DNA of 64,000 bases from contig CM059433.1 of assembly GCA_030390025.1 (NCBI GenBank), forward strand, positions 12,340,001-12,404,000. The letters run 5' to 3'. The translations under genes were made by a program, and so were the position numbers. Shown here in pieces: positions 26,442 through 37,889 of the stretch. Position 1 is the first letter of the stretch. Every line of letters starts with the position of its first letter. This DNA comes from Squalus acanthias (Eukaryota). The notes beneath the pieces are model-generated. The model was not told where the DNA came from. It did not search any database and saw only the letters and a list, made by a program, of their open reading frames with translations.

Positions 26442-27640
26442 TGTCAGCCGTGGCTCAGTGGGTAGCACTCTCGCCTCTGGAGCCAGAATGGTCGTGGGTG
26501 TCAAGTCCCACTCCAGGGACTTGAGCACAGAAATCTAGGCTGATACACCAGTGCAGTGTTGAGGGAGTGCCGCACTGTCGGAGGTGCTGTCTTTCGGATG
26601 AGACGTTAAACCGAGGCCCCGTCTGCTCTCTCAGGTGGACATAAAAGATCCCATGGCACTATTTCGATGAAGAGCAGGGGCGTTATCCCCGGTGTCCTGG
26701 CCAATATTTATCCTTCAATCAACATCACTAAAACAGATTGGCCCAGAAATTGATCTCGCTCTGTTCCCGTGGGGGTAAGCCTTCCCCGCGATCTCTCACT
26801 CCGCTTGTGCTTTTTCAGATCCAGCTCGCACGAACTTGATGTTCCAGACATCAGCTGGGCAGTGCTTGCGTATCCCAGCGGTGTAGTGAATTCGTGCGAG
26901 CTGTGGGATCACGTGACTCAGTTAGAGCCAATGGCAGCACACCATCTTCCATTCATAAGTTTCACATACGTGCTGTGTAATCTATGAATCTTACACCCCC
27001 CCAAAATAACAGCTAAACCTCAATTAAATTAAAAAAAAAACATCACATTAATAAAATAAGTATAGTTAAATAAATTAACCATTTTAAATAAAAAATTAAA
27101 TTTTTGAAAAAATTTAAAATCTTTTAAAAAGTTATAAAAATAAACTTACCTGTCTTTAAAGTCTCTAAAAAAGATATACCTGTTAAAAAAAATTCAAAAA
27201 AATACTTAATTCACTACTTACCTTGTTAAAAGTGGGTCTTACTCCTCCTTTTTCCATTTCTAAAATCTTCCGTACTTACCTGCGCATCCAAAGCATGAAG
27301 TGCACAGCGTGCGCGCAGCCTGTAGCGCGCACGCGATGCACCGAGGAACCGCCCCCCTTTTCAAAAGAGCAATTGCCGGTTTTCAGCGCATGCGCAGGGC
27401 ATGCAGAAAACCGGCAATTGGAGTGGGAATACGCGAGAGTACGCAGTGCGTACTCTCGCGCACCGGGATGAATTTTTGGCCCATTATCTGGTCATTATCA
27501 CATTGCTGTTTGTGGGAGCTTACTGTGCACAAGTTGGCTGCTACATTACAACAGTGACTCCACTTCAAAAGTACTTCATTGGCTGTAAAGCGCTTTGGGA
27601 CATTCGGTGGTCGTGAAAGGCGCTATAGAAATGCAAGTCC
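26442..27640 (+). mobile_element. DeuSINE split by a family B MITE
   Basis: SINE 26442-26739 resumes at 27483 (AAACAG-ATT|ATT-ATCTGG). Confidence 0.85.
26740..27482. mobile_element. MITE family B, copy 2
   Basis: GGCCCAGAAATT / AATTTTTGGCCC with exact ATT TSD. Homologous to 12129-12890. Confidence 0.85.
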
Positions 27641-28282
27641 CATTTTTTTCTTTCCTTCTTTCCTTTTCTTTCTGCTGTCTGGTGTCAGAAATGCGCACAC
27701 AATGATTTTATGTATGTTTGTGTGTGGAAGTGAGTGGTTCAGCATGATTATAATCCAGTCGGAGAATGAAAGGTTGATTCAACTGCTATTTGCAGGCTCT
27801 TGTTGCCTTTGGCCTGCAGACATTAGATTTTAGAACACACTTGCCTAATTTTTGACTTGCAGCCAAAGGGAAGAGTGGCCTCCTCATATCAGTGATCGCT
27901 GCTGTCTTCTTATAGTTTCTGACTCTTAACTGGAACAGTATTTTTGCAAATAAGTATGCAGTGAAAGCCATCATGCGAAAGGGAGTCATGACACTGGATT
28001 ATAAATTCATTCTATTGAAAACTAATGGGCATAATAAAGGTGCAAATTTGATTTTTGTTTTAGACAGATTTTTCTTTTCCTGGAACAGCATGATTCGAAA
28101 TCTCCAGTTCCACGGCTGTCATAATGCCACGAAGCTTTGTGCTGCACTAAATGTGATAACTCATGCAGCACAAACAATTAAGATTCTTTCACATAGATTG
28201 TTTAATATTTTCAGGTATCTTTTTGGGTCGGGGGTTAAAATATCAGTATCCCCAAGGTAAGGGGCTCTTTTAGCACCTGGGC

Positions 28283-30337
28283 TGCAGCCTCCTTCCCTCA
28301 GCCCCGATCTCCAGCCTCCTTCCCCAAGCCCTGATCTCCAGCCTCCCTCCCCAAGCCCTGATCTCCAGCCTCCCTTCCCCCAGCCCCGATCTCCAGCCTC
28401 CCTTCCCCCAGCCCCGATCTCCAGCCTCCCTCCCCCAGCCTCGATCTCCAGCCTCCCTCCCCAAGCCCTGATCTCCAGCCTCCCTCCCCAAGCCCTGATC
28501 TCCAGCCTCCCTTCCCCCAGCCCCGATCTCCAGCCTCCCTTCCCCAGCCCCGATCTCCAGCCTCCTTCTCTCAGCCCGATCTCCAGCCTCCCTCCCCCAG
28601 CCCCGATCTCCAGCCTCCCTCCCCAAGCCCTGATCTCCAGCCTCCCTCCCCAAGCCCTGATCTCCAGCCTCCCTTCCCCCAGCCCCGATCTCCAGCCTCC
28701 CTCCCCCAGCCCCGATCTCCAGCCTCCTTCACTCAGCCCCGATCTCCAGCCTCACTCCCCCAGCCCTGATCTCCAGCCTCCTTCCCTCAGCCCCGATCTC
28801 CAGCCTCCCTCCCCCAGCCCCGATCTCCAGCCTCCTTCCCTCAGCCCCGATCTCCAGCCTCCCTTCCCCCAGCCCCGATCTCCAGCCTCCCTCCCCCAGC
28901 CCCGATCTCCAGCCTCCCTCCCCCAGCCCTGATCTCCAGCCTCCTTCCCTCAGCCCTGATCTCCAGCCTCCTTCCCCAAGCCCTGATCTCCAGCCTCCTT
29001 CCCCAAGCCCTGATCTCCAGCCTCCCTTCCCCCAGCCCCGATCTCCAGCCTCCCTTCCCCCAGCCCCGATCTCCAGCCTCCCTCCCCCAGCCCCGATCTC
29101 CAGCCTCCCTCCCCCAGCCTCGATCTCCAGCCTCCCTCCCCAAGCCCTGATCTCCAGCCTCCCTCCCCAAGCCCTGATCTCCAGCCTCCCTTCCCCCAGC
29201 CCCGATCTCCAGCCTCCCTTCCCCAGCCCCGATCTCCAGCCTCCTTCTCTCAGCCCGATCTCCAGCCTCCCTCCCCCAGCCCCGATCTCCAGCCTCCCTC
29301 CCCAAGCCCTGATCTCCAGCCTCCCTCCCCAAGCCCTGATCTCCAGCCTCCCTTCCCCCAGCCCCGATCTCCAGCCTCCCTCCCCCAGCCCCGATCTCCA
29401 GCCTCCTTCACTCAGCCCCGATCTCCAGCCTCACTCCCCCAGCCCTGATCTCCAGCCTCCTTCCCTCAGCCCCGATCTCCAGCCTCCCTCCCCCAGCCCC
29501 GATCTCCAGCCTCCTTCTCTCAGCCCGATCTCCAGCCTCCCTTCCCCCAGCCCCGATCTCCAGCCTCCCTCCCCCAGCCCTGATCTCCAGCCTCCCTCCC
29601 CCAGCCCTGATCTCCAGCCTCCTTCCCTCAGCCCTGATCTCCAGCCTCCTTCCCCAAGCCCTGATCTCCAGCCTCCTTCCCCGAGCCCCGATCTCCAGCC
29701 TCCCTCCCCCAGCCCCGATCTCCAGCCTCCCTCCCCAAGCCCCGATCTCCAGCCTCACTCCCCAAGCCCTGATCTCCAGCCTCCCTCTCCGAGCCCCGAT
29801 CTCCAGCCTCCCTCCCCCAGCCCCGATCTCCAGCCTACCTCCCCCAGCCCCGATCTCCAGCCTCCCTTCCCCCAGCCTCTCTCCCCCAGCCCCGATCTCC
29901 AGCCTCCCTCCCCCCAGCCCCGATCTCCAGCCTCCTTCCCTAGCCTTGCTCCCCAAGCCCCGATCTCCAGCCTCCTTCCCCCAGCCCCGATCTCCAGCCT
30001 CCCTCCCCCAGCCCCGATCTCCAGCCTCCTTCCCCCAGCCCCGATCTCCAGCCTCCTTCCCCCAGCCCCGATTTCCAGCCTTGCTCCCCAAGCCCCGATC
30101 TCCAGCCTCCTTCCCCCAGCCCCAATCTCCAGCCTCCTTCCCCCAGCCCCGATCTCCAGCCTCCCTCCCCAAGCCCCGATCTCCAGCCTCGCTCCCCAAG
30201 CCCCGATCTCCAACCTCCCTCCCCAAGCCCCGATCTCCAGCCTCCTTCCCCCAGCCCCGATCTCCAGCCTCCTTCCCCAAGCCCCGATCTCCAGCTTCCT
30301 TCCCCAGCCCCGATCTCCAGCCTCCCTCCCCCAGCCT
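28283..30337. repeat. ~2 kb C-rich minisatellite, unit ~22-24 bp (CAGCCCCGATCTCCAGCCTCCCTCCCC-like)
   Basis: Directly visible tandem array. Diagnostic variant units recur 679 bp apart. Confidence 0.97.
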
Positions 30338-31174
30338 CTGCAGGCATTCTGGCTGAAGACACAGAGCTTCACAGATGTCCACTGAAGTTGCTTCCTCACT
30401 GGTGGTCCCAGACTCAATTGCAGTCAATCCTCCTGCTTGATTGCCATTTGGTTTCTTCTTAGTGGGGCCCACTTGCGGCATGGACGGTACGTATACTTCC
30501 TACAGGCGTATGTACTGCTGGCACATCTGCTGCAAACTCCCCCAAAACAGATATCAGGATGGGGGGGGGGGAAGAAGACCCTGGACCATTCTATCAGAAT
30601 TTATTGTAGCAAGTATCAAAGGATGGAAACCCAGTGGAGATTGCACTCGAATTCTGCCCCATCAAAGAGCTAAATTTCTGGGTTAATGGGGGAAAAATTC
30701 GGTACCTTAGCGGCCTTCCGTTAGCCCCAGCAGATGTCGCTAACGGGGCGCTAGAGCATTATCACCTGGGGTGAGGCGAATCCAATGCCGCACACCAAAT
30801 CCCGCCACCCCCCACCGCAGCGCCGCTGCTAACAGTTATCGCCGGGATCGTCAACGCCAGGTGTATCGTGACATCAGTGAGTGTGCAAAGCTCACTGAGC
30901 ACCCGATCTGCGAAATTGATTATCACCTCCTACCTTAGCGCCTGGAGGAAACAGCGACAGAGAGAGCTGGCGTGAAGCAGCAGGAAGCCGGCTCCAGGGA
31001 TGTTATTTAAAGAGATCATCAGTAATGAGTTGCAGCTGTAGGTTAGTGGAGTTTCAGTGCTTTTTTGTCAGTTTCACATAGTCCAAGGTTATTTAGTATC
31101 AGGAGTGTTGTGGCAACTAAAATGTAGCTACATTTTTTCTTAAAAAAATCAAACTGCTACACTTGGTTACATTA

Positions 31175-32333
31175 ATGGGGGCTGTACTGGCAGTCAACCT
31201 TGCCCTCCAGGATCTACAGCGGAGGGCGCAGAGGCAGCGAGAAAGACTGGAACAGAGGGCAGAGGGGGCCATCAGGGCTCTTAAAAAGAGGCCTTAGCCT
31301 TCAAGGGTATTTCAAGTTCACTTCTCCTACCTCCAATTAAGCAAGGAGCAGTGTATTAGAAAGCACCGCTTCATCAAGGAGTTGGTCACAGAACTCTGCC
31401 ACCTCCTGCAACCAGACCTCAAGCCTCAGATCAGGGTGACCACGGCGCTTTCCAGTGGCAGTCAAGGTCACCGTCGCCCACAATTTCTTCACCAGTGGAT
31501 CATTCCAGTCTGCAACAGGAGACATAGCGAACATATCGCAGTTAGCCATCCATCACTGCATCTGGGAGGTCACTGAGGCTCTCTACAGTAGGAGAAGGGA
31601 CTACATGTCCTTCCCCATCACCAGAGAGAAGCAGGACAAGCAGCATGTGTCTTTGCCAGGATAGTGGGATTCCCCATGGTGCAGGGCGCCATTGACTGCA
31701 CCCACGTGGCTTTGCGGGCACCAGCATAACAAGCTTGAGATCTTCCGTAACTGCAAAGGCTACCACTCACTTAATGTGCAGTTGGTGTGCGACCACAGAC
31801 AGCTAATCCTCAATGTCAATGCCCGCTTTCCTGGCAGCAGCCACGATGCCTTCATCCTGCGCCAGATCAGTGTGCCAGCACTCTTCCAGCCACCACGTCA
31901 AGCTCGCGGCTGGCTGGTCAGAGACGAGGGCTATCTGCTCTCCACCTGGCTCATGACTCCCCTCCGCAACCCCAACACTCCTGCCCAGCACTCATATAAT
32001 GAGAGCCATGCTGCCACCAGGAACATCCTCGAGCAGAAGCAACGGTTCCGCTGCCTTGACCGCTCAGGTGGAGCCCTCCAGTACTCGGCTGAGCGGGTGT
32101 CCCATTTCGTGGTGGTCTGCTGCATGCTCCACAACTTGGCCATCATGAAAGCCCAGCCCTTGCCACCAGGGATTGCGGGACCACTTCAGGAGGAGGAAGA
32201 GGGATAGGAGGAGGCGGAAGAGGAAGATGAGGAGGACGAGGAGGAGGAGGAACAGGAGCGAGGGAGGAGGCAGCCACTCAATCAGCCTTCCAGAAGGGCT
32301 GTCCGTGACCACCTCATCAGACTGCGGTTCTAA
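31175..32333 (+). pseudogene. HARBI1-like DDE transposase with frameshifts and stops
   Basis: FFTSGSFQ, GAIDC, KGYHSLNVQLVCD, FPGSSHDAFIL, DEGY, YNESHAATRNILEQ, RFRCLD, CCMLHN. Confidence 0.9.
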
Positions 32334-32565
32334 TGAATTAAACCCCAGATCCCCGTTGCTCACCACATCCCCATCATTCCATCCCTGTCGCAGGCCATAT
32401 CACAGCGCAAAGCTGAAATGAGACACACCACAAAATAATGCAAACTGAATTAATAAATTTATCAAAAATCAGTGAACACATATTTACAACAAAAAACTTA
32501 ACTATTCACCCTTGTGTAATCCCTTAGTGCGTGTCATTACTGTGCCTTTGCCTACGCTAGTGCTC

Positions 32566-34508
32566 CTATGAAGTGTTGGCCCAATGGCTGCAGCAGAGCT
32601 GGTGGAAGGCTGCTGAGTGTCGTGTGGGAGACTTCAGATGGCCTTGCAGGACGCCCTCGACCAGCTCTGGGCCTGGAAGGCCCGGCTGTAGACTGCACCA
32701 CCTCAGCATGGATGGCAGCAGTCTGGGCTGGCTGGATGACAGGCAGTGACAAGGGCAATGGCGGAGTGGCAGTGGTGTGAGCAGGAATGCTGTCGTCCTG
32801 AGAGAGGACAGCAGGTTCTGCTCCACTGACCCACTCCCACTTCCCCGGGGCAGCACCTCAGCATCTCTTTCAGTCTGTTGGAGCACAGATTGCTGGCCTG
32901 CTGCGACACCATGAAAACCCTGGTTGACGGTGGTAGACCCGGCCACGATGGCAGCAGTCAGAGCTTGCGTGGCATCAAGCTGAGACAGCATGAGAGCAGT
33001 CTGAGATTGGATGCCACCAAGCATAGACTGCATTACAGCACTAAGATGTTGCGTGGCTTCCGCCTGTGCTGCAATGGAAGCTGCCAGATCGCCCATCACA
33101 CATGGCATCAGGTCTGGGTCACTACGGTCTCTCTGGGAGTCTACCATCCTTTGCAGACTGGAAATGATGGGCTCCATGGTGTGCGCAGAGCCTTGTGCAA
33201 TGTTGGAGGTGGACTCCTCCACGCTCCTTATCATTGTTGAGAGGCTCTCAGGCACCCTTGCCATTACACCTATCACCTCCGTGTGCATGCCCATCACCCT
33301 TCTTCTAAAGGCCTCCCCATCGAGATCCTCATCTGAGTCAGATGCAGCAGAACTCGTGCACGAACTCGCCCTCCAGGGAGCTGGCCCCCGAGCTACCCTT
33401 TCTCCCTGGCCTTGCTGCAGCCCACTCATCCCCTGTGCCTCAGCCTGTGCAGATCCCGCTACTATGCTAGCCTCTAAAGAATGCGTAGTGCCAGTATCTG
33501 AGCTGGTGCCTGCGGGTGAGACATGCAGTGATGCGGTGTGTTCTTCCTCGTCCTCTTCTTCCACCTCGCTCTCTACGGTGTCCTCAGGGACAGGCTGCTC
33601 AGGTGCTTGCTCATTATCTGAAAGCATAAAGGCACAAGAGTCGGGTTAAGGTGAGGGGAGGGGGGCAGGAAGGGAGAAATGCATGCATACAGCATGATTA
33701 GCTGGAAAGTGGGAAAGGCTTGTGGGATGAGGGTGAAGAAGGATGTGAGGAGAAGGAGTAGGGATGAACATACTGTTGTTGTCCCCAAGGGGGTCAATGT
33801 CGCCGTTGGCCACAGCGCCCACCACCTGGTGCCCAATAATCTGCAGCACTCGATTCTCCAGCATAGACAGTGGTTGGGTGTCGGCTTGTCTCCTGCCTGT
33901 GCGCTCCTGCTCCCTCCTGTTGTGATCCACCTTGGCCTGCAAGAGAAAGGAAAGTGTGTGAGTGAGTGTGGAGCAATGTGTTTGGACGATGTGCCTGCCA
34001 TAGTTGAATAGCTGTCATTGTGTGCACGGTGTGAGATGTGGGTGTGAGTGTTGGTAGGTAGAGATTGTTGGTGGGTGAATGCTGGGGGTGTGGTGCTTTG
34101 GGCAGTGTGTGAAGACTGTGGTTCAGACGGTGGTATGTAGCATTTGTTGAAGCATTGACTCACTCTGACCACCCGAGTGAGGTTGTTAAATTTCTTCCTG
34201 CACTGTGTGTGGGTCCTGGGGACCACAGTGCTGCCCGAGACCTGATGGGCAACCTCCCTCCACGTGGTGCGGAAGACTTGCGGCGTGGGCCTCCTGCCAC
34301 TTGCTGTGTAGAGCACCGCCCTCCGTCTCGCCACAGCGAACACCAATGCCTCCAATGCTTGATCGCAGACTCTGTGGGCTCTCTCCCTGGGGCGTGGATC
34401 TGCCGTGAGCACAGCTGCTTCAGTCCTCCGGCTCCTTCTCCTTGTCCTGCTGCTGCTTGCTGAGGCAGCTGCACAGCCAGCAATGCTGAGAATGAGGTTC
34501 TGCAGCAT
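32566..34508 (-). CDS. Harbinger Myb/SANT-like DNA-binding protein, 3 exons (~34508-34164, 33936-33774, 33617-~32566)
   Basis: Myb-like LEALV..WREVAHQV..RTHTQCRKKFNNL. GTGAGT and GTATG donors with CAG acceptors at the stated positions. Long open exon 3. Confidence 0.75.
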
Positions 34509-35303
34509 TAATGAACCTTCCCTTTAAGAACTGAAAAAAGCCTGTGGCTATCATGACTTGTGATTAGACTGCACCTGATATTGGTCCACCCTTCGAGTGT
34601 AACGCCAATGAGCTTGGGCTTTGAGACTTGAATTAGCGCTCCAATCATTTCTTTGAGCAGTGAGCACAAATTTTGCGTGCAGTCTAAACCATTAACGCCT
34701 GGCGCTAATTCTCCAACTTTTCTAATTTTACCGCCCGTTCCTGGGCTATAATGCATTTCTAGCCCAATGTCTTTATATATTGGCAGAAGCGAATCAAAAA
34801 GCGTGCCACAATTAAATTTTAATTTAAATAGTTGGCAGCATTATCAATTTAAGCTCAACTGCACAGAGGGAACAGCAACCACCCAGGGATCTGTAAGTAC
34901 TTGAGCTGAAAAAAAGAGCGACAGTAACTTGGTTACTGGAAATAAATTTAAATGACGATTAAAAAGCAGCAAATAACGTAACTTTAGAAATTCAAGTTGG
35001 TGAGTTCACACCTTCATTTGTTTCTGGATGTCAGTGTAGGCGTCTGAAAGAACCAAACAGGTGAGCCTAAAAGCGTTGATTAGTAAGCAAATGTGAATGA
35101 GTTATCCAATTTATATTACAATCCTTTTGATCACCTTTCCTCCCATGTGATATTCATAGAAAATTCATATACAAAATGGTAATTTTAAAAGATCTGTACA
35201 ACAATGTGATGTCAATTAACTTAACTAATAATGTGCCATGCACAATATGCAGCTTTTCAAATGCTTTGTTGTTTGCTCCTAGCCTCCTGTGTAATATACA
35301 GTT

Positions 35304-35835
35304 TTGAGAGGTCGCACAACACCAGGTTATAGTCCAACAGTTTTATTTGAAATCACAAGCTTTCGGAGCTATTCGATTGCTCCTTCCTCAGGTGAAGTAA
35401 ATTAGATACAAAATCGCCAAAGCATATATAGATAGAAAACAACAGATGTGATTCCCAGTAAAAAAGTAAAAATTTTCCCAGTAAAAAAGTAAAAAAATGT
35501 TAAAGCTTTTCGTTTTACATACAGACGGCAGCTTTTGACACGTTAGAACCCCTGCGACTACACCTCATTGTCTCAGTTGTATCTTGCTATGTCTTTGATG
35601 TGGTACCTTCCTGGCTGACTTAATTAACTTTATCACACCTCGGCAGATAGTCAGGATGATTTAATTTATTGGTCTGCAATTGTAAAGTACACATGCTTTG
35701 TTTTCTATCTATATATGCTTTGGCGATTTTGTATCTAATTTACTTCACCTGAGGAAGGAGCAATCGATAGCTCCGAAAGCTTGTGATTTCAAATAAAACT
35801 GTTGGACTATAACCTGGTGTTGTGCGACCTCTCAA
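35304..35835. mobile_element. Penelope family 2 insertion with inverted ~138-bp arms and a 12-bp TSD
   Basis: TSD TAATATACAGTT at 35292-35303 and 35836-35847. Arms 35304-35442 and 35698-35835 differ by one indel. Body matches 54925-55314. Confidence 0.9.
35745..35786 (+). ncRNA. Minimal hammerhead ribozyme motif (mirror copy on - at 35353-35395)
   Basis: TCAC-CTGAGGA-AGGAGC..GCTCC-GAAA-GCTT-GTGA. Confidence 0.75.
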
Positions 35836-36258
35836 TAATATACAGTTGACATAGGAAAAGACGTAAGGGTATATTTATGCGATCCACGTTCATGACGTTC
35901 CAGGTACTTTGCTGTAGGGGAGGACTTGGAAAATCTACCCTTTAAAGTTGCATTGGTCTATAACAATGAAAGGACTAGATAAATATCAGACCAAATTCTT
36001 GTGTACATTTGAGTATGCAATCTTTGAAGTCGTACAAGGAAAATCTGAATGGGGGCACACAGAGGGTTCACCGATAGTAAGGAGGGTTCCGATTAAGGAG
36101 GAGGACAATTTTCAGGCTGAAAACTTTTTGGCAAACTGAACTGTGACAGTAGCAGGGCCCATTTTTCAACCTTCTGTTGTTCATTTCAAAAGGCGACCAG
36201 AAATTTCAACTGTGAGTTCCTCACTTACATTTTTACCTGCTCCCTGATAAAGACAATT

Positions 36259-37015
36259 CGGCCGTTCTCGGGTGAGTACTCAGTGCGTACTCACCCGTAT
36301 TCATTCCCGAAGTGCCGGTTTCCTGCATGCACTGCGCATGCGCGGGAAACCGGAACTTCCGGTATGGTGAAGGGGGCGGTTCCTAGGTGAACCGCGTGCG
36401 CGCTAGAGGCTGCGCGCACGCAGCACACTTAGATTTTTTTTCAGGTTTCAACGCGAGGGTAAGTATTGAAGATTCTACGCTAGTAAAAAGGAGGCGTAAG
36501 ACCCCTTTTGAACAAGGTACAGTAAGTAGTTAATTAAGTATAATTTAAAATTTTTTTCAACAGGTTTATCTTTTTTAGATACTTTAAAGAAAGGTAAGTT
36601 TATTTTTATAACTTTTAAAAAGTATTTTAATTTTTTCAAAAATGTAAATTTTTGTTTAAAGTGGTTAATTTATTTAACTATAGTTATTTTATAAATGTGA
36701 TGGGTTTTAAAAAAATTTATTTGAGGTTTAGCTGTTCTTTTGGGGCCGATTTCAATTCACAGATTTGACAGGTCTCCTGTCAAATCTATGAATGAAAGAT
36801 GGTCTGCTACCATTGGCTCTCCATGGCCCACGTGATCCCAGGGGTCACATCGCACTAACTGCGCCCCTGGAACATGAAAGCACTGCGCGGCGGCTCTTGG
36901 GAGAGGCCCGGGACCCGAAGTTCCTGTGGGCCCAAAACACAACGGCAGGCGCGGTGGGTAAGAGCGCGCGCGATCCTTACCCCCGCGGCAAGCCGGAGAG
37001 GCGAATTTCTAGGCC
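36259..37015. mobile_element. MITE family B, copy 3 (opposite orientation)
   Basis: Reverse-complement homology to 12129-12890. Ends CGGCCG / ATTTCTAGGCC. Confidence 0.8.
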
Positions 37016-37889
37016 TTTATAACAATGCCGACCATGGCACTGGAAGTACATGTACTTCAGCAACGCGGCTGCTAAAACTGTTGTATTTTTCTTTTAACTA
37101 CAGTATTCAAGGCTAAAAATGTCCCGCTGATGCGCAGGGCCTGGTGGATCTCTGAACTATGAAAAGCAACTGCAATCAATTAAGTAGCTCATGTTCTATC
37201 AAGCTTGATTCTGAGCAGTAACATACACGCTGACAGGAGATTTTCTTTTTTTTTTGCAAAATGTGATGAGCACTGGGGGGGGGGAGGGTCAGAAGATGGT
37301 TCTGTTGCTGAACTCAATGGGACCGAGGAGCCCCTACTGTTCATTCCCACCACACTGCTGCAGTTCCAGACAAGGAATCAGTTTGCCACAATATGCTGCA
37401 TTGACTGCGGTTGGAGTAATTGAGAACATGTCTTGAAAGCTCCATGGATGTGGAGGATAAAAAAATGATTTTCCTTCTTTCTTACGCTAGGTTCCAAAAT
37501 TAGTCGTGGTCAATTTTAAATTTGTCTGCCTTTTTAGTTTCTTGCGGCATCAAAAATGGTGCAATTAGTCGATGCTCAGACATGCCGGCCAGACATAAAT
37601 TTATTATTTAAAATCAATGCCTTCTTTGGTAAAAGTAAACACTCGTCAGTGCCATTTTAATCAGACTTGGAGTATCTTTCAAATACATGGACGGTTAGAA
37701 ATTTTAGGGGTGATTCCGCGGTCTGGCGCTCCCAGTGGTAAGTGATGCTCGCAGGAAGCGCATCTCGGGAATTTTAAATTTGTGTAAAAAAAAATAGCAA
37801 GAAAATGTTATTGATTTGAAATTCATATCTTAACACCAGCAAAGATTTTAGTTCTTAGTGCTGGCTTAAATAGATTTTGTAAAAGCCAT

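Larger units (their letters stand above)
30688..34765. mobile_element. Full-length but inactivated two-gene PIF/Harbinger transposon
   Basis: AAT TSD on both sides. Ends GGGGGAAAAATT / CATTTCTAGCCC. Convergent transposase (+) and Myb-like (-) genes. Confidence 0.9.

Noticed and set aside
28215..28262. YLFGSGVKISVSP followed by a splice donor resembles an Ig/TCR J segment (FGxG)
   Set aside because: No recognisable RSS (GGTTTTTGT-12/23-CACTGTG) upstream. The donor is phase 2 in that frame, whereas J segments splice in phase 1. No other V, J or C segments were seen.
28270..30481. Long Gly/Arg/Glu-rich ORFs of up to 357 aa
   Set aside because: They are translations of a stop-poor minisatellite open in several frames.
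31175..32333. Domesticated host gene HARBI1 (or NAIF1/MSANTD for the Myb ORFs)
   Set aside because: Frameshifts and stops, TSD-bounded transposon context, and multiple decayed paralogues in the same window.
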